A stretch of DNA of 64,000 nucleotides, from NCBI GenBank assembly GCA_028697145.1, contig JAQVFR010000013.1, forward strand, positions 3,500 through 67,499, written 5' to 3'. Numbering within the stretch: position 1 is the first letter of the stretch; each line of letters begins with the position of its first letter. The position numbers and the translations under genes are program-made. This document shows positions 19,115 to 27,514 of the stretch, piece after piece. Source of the stretch: Actinomycetota bacterium. Its GTDB lineage: Bacteria > Actinomycetota > Geothermincolia > Geothermincolales > RBG-13-55-18. The notes below the pieces were generated by a model. It ran no database searches and was not told the DNA's origin. It saw only the letters and a program-made list of their open reading frames with translations.

Positions 19115-20584
19115 ATGGCCGCAGACCTGGACAAGGTGTTCAATCCCGACTCCATAGCAATGATCGGGGCGTCGAACGTCCCGTCGAAATGGGGCTCCTT
19201 TCTGCTTATCAACCTTCTTGCGGGAGGATACCCCAGGGAGAACATCTACCCCGTGAACCCCAAGGAAAATGAGATACACGGGCTGACAGCATATCCATCC
19301 ATCGCGGCCCTGCCGGTCGTACCCGACCTGGCATTCGTGACCACTCCCGCAGTCACCGTCACGGGCATCCTCGAGGAATGCGCCGCCAGGGGCACTCGGA
19401 ACATCATCGTCATCTCCTCCGGCTTCTCCGAGGTCGGAGAGGACGGGGTCCACCTGGAGAGGGAACTGGCAGAGACGGCCCGCCGCCACGACCTGAACAT
19501 CGTGGGCCCGAACACCATGGGCATAGTCAGCACGAGGCGGAGGATCTTCGCGGTCGGCGCGCCGGTGCAGTTGCATCCCGGCAAGATATCATTCGTCTCC
19601 CAGAGCGGAAACGTCGGCGCCAATATGCTCGGCTGGACCATGAACCAGGGCATCGGTTTCGGAAAGTTCGTGGGGAGCGGGAACGAGGCCCTCCTGCACG
19701 CGGAGGACTATATAGACTATTTCGGCGCGGACGGGGACACCGGGCTGATCCTGGCCTACCTCGAGGGAGTCGACAACGGGCGCAGGTTCATCGACATCGT
19801 CTCCCGCATCAGCGTCGCCAAACCTGTTATCGTGCTCAAGTCCGGTCGCACCGAGGAGGGAGGCAAGGCCGCCAGGTCGCACACCGGTTCCCTGGCCGGA
19901 TCGGATCATATCTACGATGCCGCTTTCGCGCAGAGCGGCGCCATACGAGCCGAGACTTCCCAGGACATGCTGGACCTGGCCAAGGCCTTCGAGAGGCTGC
20001 CGCTGCCGCGGGGCGACCGCCTGGGCATCATGACCCTCGGCGGAGGATGGGGCGTCCTCGCCACCGACGCCACGGCCATGGCCGGTCTGAAGCTGGCGCG
20101 CCTCGACGATGACGTGATCAGGGTCTGCGATGAGCTCCTTCCGCCCTTCTGGAGCCGCGCAAACCCCATCGACCTGGTGGGCAACATCTACATGGACACG
20201 CATCTCTCCATACTCGAGGCCATGGCCAGATCGCCCGAGGTTGATGCCATGATCGTGCTGGGTTCACTCGGCACGGGCACCATCATCGGACTCAACGTCC
20301 TGGTATCCCAGAAACTGATCATGGAGATGAGCGATGACGCTCTCAAGGGCTTCTTCACCGAGCTGAAAGACCGCAACATCAGCCTGCTCAACAGGGCGAA
20401 GGAATTGATGCTCACTTACAACAAGCCGATCATCTTCGTGGAGATGCAGTTCATCGGGGAGGAAAGCCTGCGCGATCTCGAGGCGGGCGAAACGGTTATC
20501 TTCACCGCGCCCGAAAAGGCTGCGATCATCCTTTCCAGGATGCTGGGCTACCGCCGCTACCTGGAGAGGAAGGGCGCCGTCTGA
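19115..20584 (+). CDS. acyl-CoA synthetase (NDP/ADP-forming) alpha-like subunit / CoA-binding protein
   Basis: 489 aa; CoA-binding Rossmann-like N-terminus (IAMIGASNVPSKWGS), succinyl-CoA-synthetase-like ligase-CoA region (SQSGNVG, VKSGRTEEGGKAARSHTGSLAGS) and a flavodoxin-like C-terminal region. Confidence 0.8.
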   Translation: MAADLDKVFNPDSIAMIGASNVPSKWGSFLLINLLAGGYPRENIYPVNPKENEIHGLTAYPSIAALPVVPDLAFVTTPAVTVTGILEECAARGTRNIIVISSGFSEVGEDGVHLERELAETARRHDLNIVGPNTMGIVSTRRRIFAVGAPVQLHPGKISFVSQSGNVGANMLGWTMNQGIGFGKFVGSGNEALLHAEDYIDYFGADGDTGLILAYLEGVDNGRRFIDIVSRISVAKPVIVLKSGRTEEGGKAARSHTGSLAGSDHIYDAAFAQSGAIRAETSQDMLDLAKAFERLPLPRGDRLGIMTLGGGWGVLATDATAMAGLKLARLDDDVIRVCDELLPPFWSRANPIDLVGNIYMDTHLSILEAMARSPEVDAMIVLGSLGTGTIIGLNVLVSQKLIMEMSDDALKGFFTELKDRNISLLNRAKELMLTYNKPIIFVEMQFIGEESLRDLEAGETVIFTAPEKAAIILSRMLGYRRYLERKGAV

Positions 20585-20591
20585 CGCGGAC

Positions 20592-20623
20592 AAAAAACAA
20601 CGCCGCCGCAGGGAGGCGTTGTT
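20592..20623 (-). terminator. rho-independent terminator for the minus-strand transcript ending with the rubredoxin-like gene
   Basis: Stem AACAACGCC/GGCGTTGTT (20596..20604 / 20615..20623) with an 11-nt loop. On the minus strand it is followed by UUUUUU (complement of 20597..20592). Confidence 0.6.
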
Positions 20624-20648
20624 CTTACCCTTAATTCGATCCGCTCGC

Positions 20649-20840
20649 TTATATGCTCTCCACGAAGCGAGGCTTCATCTTGGTCGGGTTCCAAACGGTG
20701 TAGATGCCCTCGTCGGGGCAGTTCGGAAGGGGCTCGTTCTCGTCCTTGTGCTCGTACTCGTACCCGCACTTGTCGCAGTAGTACTTTCCGGCTGGAGCTT
20801 TCTCTCCCGTTGACAGTACCTCATCCGCCATCTGGTTCAC
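20649..20840 (-). CDS. rubredoxin-like small protein with a degenerate second knuckle
   Basis: 63 aa; first knuckle YYCDKCGYEYE matches the rubredoxin CxxCGYxY signature. The second knuckle reads NCPDEG instead of CPxCG (one Cys replaced by Glu/Asp). Confidence 0.55.
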   Translation of the reverse strand: MNQMADEVLSTGEKAPAGKYYCDKCGYEYEHKDENEPLPNCPDEGIYTVWNPTKMKPRFVESI

Positions 20841-20978
20841 CTCCGCGTTTCAATATGACGGAGGGCGTTTGCACACGCCCCAGGAACAGGCCAGTCTTCA
20901 TTTTGTTCCGTGGGTACTCATTAGTCAACCCCCACATCATGCAGGGATGAAGGTGTCCGGTGCGCTGAAGCCCCGAGG

Positions 20979-21371
20979 TCACGGGGTCTCTAGAATGCGG
21001 TTGACGGTATCCAGCAATTCTCCGATGGTGAAGGGCTTGACCAGGCAAGCCTCCACCTTTATCTTGCCTTCCCTCTCTATCTCCTCGACCGCTCTCTTCA
21101 TGGCGGAGATGATTATCACGGGTATGTCTCCCATGTCCTCGCGGCTCTTGAGCTCGTTGTAGACCTCTACGCCATCGACGTGGGGCATCATCAGGTCCAG
21201 GAGGATGAGTTCGGGCTTGATGGACTGCAGGCGGGGTATTATCTCCCTGCTCTCGGTGAAGCCGGTCACCTTATAGCCGTGTTTCTGCAGGATGATGGAG
21301 ACAAGGTCGATCATATCGGGATCGTCCTCGATATAAGCAATCGTCTTCATCTTTGCGAGCTCCTGTTGCAT
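20979..21371 (-). CDS. single-domain response regulator (CheY-like receiver)
   Basis: 130 aa; acidic pocket and phospho-acceptor context (YIEDDPDM, LILLDLMMPHVDG), conserved Lys in CLVKPF. Confidence 0.8.
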   Translation of the reverse strand: MQQELAKMKTIAYIEDDPDMIDLVSIILQKHGYKVTGFTESREIIPRLQSIKPELILLDLMMPHVDGVEVYNELKSREDMGDIPVIIISAMKRAVEEIEREGKIKVEACLVKPFTIGELLDTVNRILETP

Positions 21372-21468
21372 CCTGCTTTCTTACTTCTCTTATCGTTTAT
21401 ATAACTTATTAACTTGAGGAGTCTTCCATAAATTACTAACATCCTGCATCGTGTTCTCCGGTGCCGGC

Positions 21469-22365
21469 CTACAGGCCCCTCATGTATTCCGGCCTAAGAA
21501 GCTCCGGCTGCCGCATGGCGGTGTCAATGATCCCGATAAGCTCTTCCCTGTCCCTCGAGAGCACGCCCTTGAGGGGGAGGTAATTGGAGGCGTGATTTGT
21601 CCTGAACACGCACTGCGATAGCTCGCAGCCCTGGAGGAACATCCGCAATTCCTCCAGGAGTCCCTGCTGGCTGGGCATGACGAATTCGCCCGCCTCCTGC
21701 TCACGGTGGAGCGGGGTTCCGGGTACTACCATCAGGGTGAGGGCGCTGAGGTAATGGGGGTCCATGCGCGATACCGCCCGCGCGCTTGCGGCGGCATGCA
21801 TGCGAGACCCCTCCCTTCCGCCCAGTCCCAGCAGCACGATCACCGATACCTGCAGCCCGCACCTTTTCGCCTTGAGGGCGGCCGCTATCATGTCCTCACT
21901 GCGGTCTCGCTTGCGCACCCTCTCAAGCACGCGGTCGTCGCCGCTCTCCAGCCCCATATAGACGATCCCCAGGCCCAGCCCGGCAAGGTCTCGCAGCTCG
22001 TCCTCCGTCTTTTCGTTGATGTCCCTGCCGTTGGCGTAAACGCCGACCCTCTCCAGCGCCGGGAAGGCGCGTCCCAAAGCCCCCAGGATGGTCTCCAGGT
22101 GTTCGGTCGGGAGACAGAGGGCGTTGCCGTCGGCGAGAAAGACGCGTCGCGTGCGTGGTATTATGCGTGACGCATCTTCGATATCGTCCAGAACCTCCCG
22201 CAGGTCCCGCGACGCGAAGCGCGTACCGGTGTAGGTAGGGCAGAACGTGCAGGCGTTATGGGAGCAGCCATAGGTCACCTGCAGGATATAGCTGCCGGCC
22301 TCGCTGGGAGGCCGGATCACCAATCCCCGGTATCGCACATTCCTCTCCTTCAAGCGGATGCGCAA
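21469..22365 (-). CDS. radical SAM domain protein with atypical CX4CX2C cluster motif
   Basis: 298 aa; YGCSHNACTFCP (Cys spacing 4 and 2) near the N-terminus and a Gly-rich SAM-binding-like segment GIVYMGLESGDD. Compact 300-aa class. Confidence 0.8.
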   Translation of the reverse strand: MRIRLKERNVRYRGLVIRPPSEAGSYILQVTYGCSHNACTFCPTYTGTRFASRDLREVLDDIEDASRIIPRTRRVFLADGNALCLPTEHLETILGALGRAFPALERVGVYANGRDINEKTEDELRDLAGLGLGIVYMGLESGDDRVLERVRKRDRSEDMIAAALKAKRCGLQVSVIVLLGLGGREGSRMHAAASARAVSRMDPHYLSALTLMVVPGTPLHREQEAGEFVMPSQQGLLEELRMFLQGCELSQCVFRTNHASNYLPLKGVLSRDREELIGIIDTAMRQPELLRPEYMRGL

Positions 22366-22431
22366 TCATGCGCATCCTGCATAGTATAGCATTTAAAGGG
22401 AGCGTTAAGCCGACAAACGGGCCGGTCCCGT

Positions 22432-23187
22432 CTATTCCGCCGGCGCCTTTCGCATGGTCAAACCGCCCTTGCCCAGCACCTCGCTCATCCTGCGCGGCCT
22501 GCCGCGGAAATCCGCCCATGCCTGGTCTTTGAAGAGAAGCTGCTCGAAACGGCTGTAGAGGTCCGTGTCCACGCGTGGACCAATGCGCGCCGAAAAGAAA
22601 TTCGCCGAGTCCAGGTTAACGTTCGGCTCGTCGGTCTCGTAATACATGAACCCGGCCTTCTCGAGGTATTCCAGGAGCATGCGGCGGTAATCCTGCTTGC
22701 TCAGGCCGCTGCTCTCCAGGTCCCAGTGCCAGGTGTAGCCCGTGCAGATCACTATCTTGTCATCGAAGAATTGGTCTCGCAGCCCTATCTCCATCATCTT
22801 GTTCGCTATGCCCAGCCCGCGCCAGTTCTGGCTGACCTCGATGGCCATGGCCTCGATGAGCCCCTGCCCGGAAAGCTTCCCCCACCTCTCGGCGGTACTG
22901 GGCGGGGCGATGGCCACGAATCCGACGATCCTTTCGTCCTCGTTGAAGGCGAGTATTATATTGCTCTCCTCCCCCCTAGCTATACGCTCCAGGGCTTTTT
23001 TCTCACGTGACGCGGGATAATGCGGCGCCGCGAAAACCCCCATCCCCTCCTCGAGCTGAAGAGACGCGATGAGTTCGGGGCTGGCCTTGGCGACGATCCA
23101 CACCTTTCCCCTCGGCGTCTCGACAACATCGGCTTGCTCTCGCTCCGCGTCCAACATTTCCTCCCGTTCAGGCATGGTTGTTGCCAC
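22432..23187 (-). CDS. GNAT family N-acetyltransferase
   Basis: 251 aa; acetyl-CoA-binding motif A context (IEVSQNWRGLGIANKMM) and overall GNAT core pattern. Confidence 0.7.
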   Translation of the reverse strand: MATTMPEREEMLDAEREQADVVETPRGKVWIVAKASPELIASLQLEEGMGVFAAPHYPASREKKALERIARGEESNIILAFNEDERIVGFVAIAPPSTAERWGKLSGQGLIEAMAIEVSQNWRGLGIANKMMEIGLRDQFFDDKIVICTGYTWHWDLESSGLSKQDYRRMLLEYLEKAGFMYYETDEPNVNLDSANFFSARIGPRVDTDLYSRFEQLLFKDQAWADFRGRPRRMSEVLGKGGLTMRKAPAE

Positions 23188-23335
23188 GACCCGTTCACGT
23201 CCGACCCGCCATCTTCAGGCGGCGGCATCGAGACGTGTCTTCCCCGCCCCGCCGCGAACCTAGAGTATATAGCAGGGTTAATCTATAATATACCCGTCCA
23301 TGACTTATATGACCTGCGGGACAGGACGGAGTACA

Positions 23336-24181
23336 ATGCGCAGCATCATGGCTCGTGGGGTCGGTGACGTTTTCAAAGCCTTGACGTTGGATTCACCTCG
23401 CCACAACATCCACGCTATCAACCAGTTGGACCCGGAAATAAAGGAGAGGGTCTATGCGCTCCTGATACCGGACAGGATCTTCGAGATGTTTCGTATAGAC
23501 CGCTCCGCTTTCACCAACGCCCAGGACGAGCGTATGGTGAGGGTCGTGTCGCCGCGCCAGGCCGGCTTCGCCATCGTGGAGGTGCGGGAGCATCCAGACG
23601 ACCGTGACTGCATCTTCTTCCTGGAGATCGCGGACACGCCTTTCTTCAAGGTGGAGATAACCTTCCTCATCATCAACGATCCGCGCTCGCCCCGCTTCAA
23701 TACCGACATCGACGACGCGGGACGCAGGACGAAATTCGGGACCACCCGTAGAAACAAGCCCGAGGAGGTCAGGGCCATGGAGGCCGGGCTGGCGCCGGGC
23801 CAGGTACGCAAGGGTCTGCACATGCTCAAGGACTTCATGCCCCTGGTAGTGGAGTTCCTCGCCTGCATGGGGCAGGACATGCTGGTCGCCGAACCACTGA
23901 CCTATCACGACGCGATAATCTTCGAGAAGCACGGCTTCAACTACGTGCGCGGCAGGAAGAAGATGGACTGCATACACGAGGGCTTCCAGCCCGGCGGCGA
24001 GCTCTTGTCCAGGCTCGACGGGAGCACTCCTTTCCGGCAGCCGGGCATGGAGAAGACCGTCCGGGGCAGGAGTTGGGCGATCCACGACGGGATCCTGGGC
24101 GAACCCTGGAAGGACATAGAGATGTACCTCCCCCTGAAAAATCCCGCGCGGGTCTGCACCTTTCCGGGCTGGGTATACTAG
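23336..24181 (+). CDS. hypothetical protein
   Basis: Start at the ATG with GGACGGAG 6 nt upstream; the ORF-track start is 23300. No recognisable motifs. Preceded by an AT-rich stretch (about 23250..23300). Confidence 0.55.
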   Translation: MRSIMARGVGDVFKALTLDSPRHNIHAINQLDPEIKERVYALLIPDRIFEMFRIDRSAFTNAQDERMVRVVSPRQAGFAIVEVREHPDDRDCIFFLEIADTPFFKVEITFLIINDPRSPRFNTDIDDAGRRTKFGTTRRNKPEEVRAMEAGLAPGQVRKGLHMLKDFMPLVVEFLACMGQDMLVAEPLTYHDAIIFEKHGFNYVRGRKKMDCIHEGFQPGGELLSRLDGSTPFRQPGMEKTVRGRSWAIHDGILGEPWKDIEMYLPLKNPARVCTFPGWVY

Positions 24182-24350
24182 TTCCTCCACGGGACGGTCC
24201 CCCGGGTCGGACCGCCTTCGTAGCCATCGATACATGAACCATCCAGGCGCGCGAAGAGCCCTCGAGCATACATCCATGCTGCCGACAGGCGTTATAATTA
24301 ACCCTAGGTCGTCTGCGCCATGACGGCCTCGGATACGGCAAGGAGGAGGA

Positions 24351-24785
24351 ATGCGCGTACGCGACCACATGAGCCCGGATCCCGTAGTCCTCGGACCGGA
24401 GGACACGTTGCGCCAGGCGCGTGACCTTATCAAGGACAAGAACCTTCGTCGCTTTCCAGTCGTCGAAAACGGAAGGCTGGTGGGGATAGTGACGGACCGG
24501 GACGTGAGGCAGGCGGACATCAGCTCCCAGGTCGTGCAGGAAAGAAGATACGTGGACTACATCCTCGATCGCATCCAGGTCCGCGGCATCATGACCCCGG
24601 ACCCCATCACCGTCGAGCCCGATACGCCCATCGCAGAGGCCGCTGCGCTTATCCTCGACCGTAAGATCGGCGGCTTGCCCGTAGTCTCAGGCGAGGAACT
24701 GGTCGGGATCATCACCGAGACCGATCTCATAAGGGCGTTTATCTCCATGCTGGACGCGTTACCCGATCCGACGGCGGAGCAGTGA
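24351..24785 (+). CDS. CBS domain pair protein
   Basis: 144 aa; two CBS repeats (GRLVGIVTDRDV ... LVGIITETDLIRAF). Confidence 0.8.
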   Translation: MRVRDHMSPDPVVLGPEDTLRQARDLIKDKNLRRFPVVENGRLVGIVTDRDVRQADISSQVVQERRYVDYILDRIQVRGIMTPDPITVEPDTPIAEAAALILDRKIGGLPVVSGEELVGIITETDLIRAFISMLDALPDPTAEQ

Positions 24786-24794
24786 GGTGTCGAG

Positions 24795-25808
24795 ATGATT
24801 GTCGTGATGTCCCAGGAGGCAAGCCGCGACCAGGTTGAAGCGGTCTTGCGCAAGATCGAGGAGTTCGGGCTCCAGACCCACCCCATTTACGGGGTCCAGA
24901 AGACGGTTATCGGCGTCATAGGAGACGACAAGACCAAGGTAGTCGAGACCATGGCCGGTTATCCGGGCGTGGAGCAGATCATCCCCATACTCAAACCGTA
25001 CAAATTCGCCTCGCGCGAGACCCACCCTCAGGATACGGTGATAGAGCTGTCAGGCGTCAGGATAGGCGGCGACAAGGTCGTCGTCATGGCGGGCCCATGC
25101 GCGGTCGAAAGCCCCGAACAGATCCTCAACACCGCACGCCTGGTAAAGTTGTCCGGGGGGTCGATCCTGAGGGGAGGAGCATACAAGCCGCGCACCTCTC
25201 CCTACAGCTTCCAGGGCCTGGGGGAGGAAGGGCTGCGTTACCTGGCCGAGGCCCGCGAGGAGACCGGGCTTCCGGTCGTCACCGAGATCACCGATCCCCG
25301 CAAGATCGACCTCTTCTGCGAATATGCTGATATCATCCAGGTCGGCGCACGGAACATGCAGAACTTCGTCCTCCTCACCGAGATCGGCCGCAGCGGACAT
25401 CCCGTGCTCCTGAAGAGGGGTCCGAGCTCGAAGATCGAAGACCTCCTGCTTGCGGCGGAATACATCATCAAGGAAGGGAATCGCAATATAATACTGTGCG
25501 AGCGGGGCATCAGCACCTTCGAGACCTATACCCGCAATACCCTCGATCTCTCCGCGGTCGCCGCGATCAAGAAGCTCTCGCACCTGCCGGTGGTCGTCGA
25601 CCCCAGCCACTCAGTGGGCATCGCCAATCTGGTGACCCCGATGTCCATGGCCGCCGTGGCCGCGGGAGCGGACGGGCTGATAGTCGAGATACACCCCAAT
25701 CCGAACGCCGCACTCTGCGACGGATCGCAATCCCTCGACTTCGAGACCTTCAGCGCGCTCATGACCAAGCTGCGCAAGGTCGCCGCGGCGATTGGCAGGG
25801 ATGTCTGA
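24795..25808 (+). CDS. 3-deoxy-7-phosphoheptulonate (DAHP) synthase, type I-beta with N-terminal regulatory (ACT/ferredoxin-like) domain
   Basis: 337 aa; KDO8PS/DAHPS-type TIM barrel (VMAGPCAVES, KPRTSPYSFQGLGEEGL, VVDPSHS) preceded by a roughly 70-aa regulatory domain. Confidence 0.85.
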   Translation: MIVVMSQEASRDQVEAVLRKIEEFGLQTHPIYGVQKTVIGVIGDDKTKVVETMAGYPGVEQIIPILKPYKFASRETHPQDTVIELSGVRIGGDKVVVMAGPCAVESPEQILNTARLVKLSGGSILRGGAYKPRTSPYSFQGLGEEGLRYLAEAREETGLPVVTEITDPRKIDLFCEYADIIQVGARNMQNFVLLTEIGRSGHPVLLKRGPSSKIEDLLLAAEYIIKEGNRNIILCERGISTFETYTRNTLDLSAVAAIKKLSHLPVVVDPSHSVGIANLVTPMSMAAVAAGADGLIVEIHPNPNAALCDGSQSLDFETFSALMTKLRKVAAAIGRDV

Positions 25809-25822
25809 GCGGGGGTGTGGGA

Positions 25823-26500
25823 TCAGGCGGTGTAGAAGACGAGCCTGTTCGTCCTCATGATCGCCTGCACGAAATCGGCTTGCAGCTCCTCCTTGACGGG
25901 ATGGCGGATCATGAACATGTTGACCTCGACCCGTTGATCTCTCTCGTCGGTGCGCAGGGGATTCGGAATGGTCATATACTCGTGGAGCCCGGCAAGGTCC
26001 GCCAAGAGTTCGTCGACCAGGTTGCTGTCCTGGTCGCGGTAGACCCCCACCAGCGACATCTGGGTAGCGTATTCGAAGAAGACCACGCGTGATATCCCTA
26101 TCACCTTCCTGCTGTAGGTGTAACAATAGACCTCGAGGGGAGAGATCGATTCCGCCGCCACCAGTGAGCGCGCGTCGATGCTGCGCAACCCGGGAACCCT
26201 GCTCTCGAACTCCCGCAACAGCAGAGACGACGACGCCCCTTCGCCCGCCAGGCAGGTCAAGCCCTTGAAGACTACCCCTCCCGCGATGATCACCTTTGAC
26301 TGGGCCGGCCTGGCCGCAAGGGTCCCCTCCCTCAGGAGATCCTCCTCACAGGATTCCTCGATGCTCTTCTGCAGGCCGTCCATGTCGACGCCGAAGCTGT
26401 AGAAATTGACCCTCTGCCAGCCCTCGATCTCATGCTGGGCCACGATGCCCAGCCCCGGTGCCTTGTTGTGATAATAGAAAAAAGCCTTGTTCTTTACCAA
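25823..26500 (-). CDS. hypothetical protein
   Basis: 225 aa; no recognisable motifs. Divergent from plsC. Confidence 0.5.
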   Translation of the reverse strand: MVKNKAFFYYHNKAPGLGIVAQHEIEGWQRVNFYSFGVDMDGLQKSIEESCEEDLLREGTLAARPAQSKVIIAGGVVFKGLTCLAGEGASSSLLLREFESRVPGLRSIDARSLVAAESISPLEVYCYTYSRKVIGISRVVFFEYATQMSLVGVYRDQDSNLVDELLADLAGLHEYMTIPNPLRTDERDQRVEVNMFMIRHPVKEELQADFVQAIMRTNRLVFYTA

Positions 26501-26669
26501 GCCATCGCTCTCCTTTCGGCCTCCACCCGGTCCTCATCACGCCCCGCATAAACCCGACGCGCGGCCACCTTTCTTTGTTGAATATTTCTATGGTTTAACC
26601 CTGCACACCTTGATATTATCATTAAAAAGTCCGGCACCCGAGCGACGTGTCCACTGTGCGGGCCGTTTG

Positions 26670-27344
26670 ATGCAGCATGATCGCCGCAAGGAAAAACAAG
26701 GAGTTCTGCGGGAGGAGATTGCCTTGATACGTTTCTACATAGGCTGGCCCATCTTCCGGCTGGTGGCCATGGCATATCATCTACGCTACAGCGGATACGA
26801 GAACGTACCACGCAAGGAGCCGTTACTGGTGGTGGCCAACCATAACAGCCGCAAGGACCCCGTGGCCATCAATCTTTCGCTGAGGCGGCCCGTGCGGTAC
26901 ATGGCCAAGAAGGAGGCGTTCGATCCCCGCAACGGGCTCTTCGAGTACCTCATGGTAAGCATATTCTTCGCCTATCCCGTCGACAGGGAACATCCCGGCC
27001 CCGAGGCCATAAGGCGCACCATCTCCTACCTGGACAAAGGCGATTGCGTGGGCATATTCCCCGAGGGGACCCGCTTCGACGACGAGGTGCTGCACCCCTT
27101 CACCCACGGCGCCGCTTACTTCGCGTGGAAGACCGGCGTGAGGGTGCTTCCCATCGGGGTGACGGAGAAAAAGGGCGTCGATTACCACATCAACATAGGC
27201 AAGCCCTTCAGCGTTCCCAACCTGCAGGGCAGGCCGCACAAGGTCCTGCCACAGATAACCGACTTGATCAGGGAGCGCATCCGCGAACTCCTCCCCGATG
27301 ACTGGGAAGACCGCGAGGAGGAGCCCGGCGCGCAACAGACCTGA
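26670..27344 (+). CDS. plsC: 1-acyl-sn-glycerol-3-phosphate acyltransferase (PlsC/LPLAT family)
   Basis: HX4D acyltransferase motif (ANHNSRKDP) and FPEGTR motif. Start at the ATG reading MQHDRR; the ORF-track start is 26487. Confidence 0.75.
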   Translation: MQHDRRKEKQGVLREEIALIRFYIGWPIFRLVAMAYHLRYSGYENVPRKEPLLVVANHNSRKDPVAINLSLRRPVRYMAKKEAFDPRNGLFEYLMVSIFFAYPVDREHPGPEAIRRTISYLDKGDCVGIFPEGTRFDDEVLHPFTHGAAYFAWKTGVRVLPIGVTEKKGVDYHINIGKPFSVPNLQGRPHKVLPQITDLIRERIRELLPDDWEDREEEPGAQQT

Positions 27345-27377
27345 CGTGCTTCTTCCGGGGTCAGGTCTTGTTTTTTG
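27337..27377 (+). terminator. rho-independent terminator after plsC
   Basis: Stem AGACCTGAC/GTCAGGTCT (27337..27345 / 27360..27368) followed by TGTTTTTTG. The stem overlaps the TGA stop. Confidence 0.65.
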
Positions 27378-27514
27378 CATACCGTGGTATGCTGCCTGTT
27401 GGCAGCTGGGATTTTATTGCGAACTTGCACAACGTGACCCCAAGCTAAGTCCAACGTGGTTCATGCTTCCCGGCGCTACCCGTCGCTCCGCCCTGGAAGG
27501 TGGGTTACCGGCCC

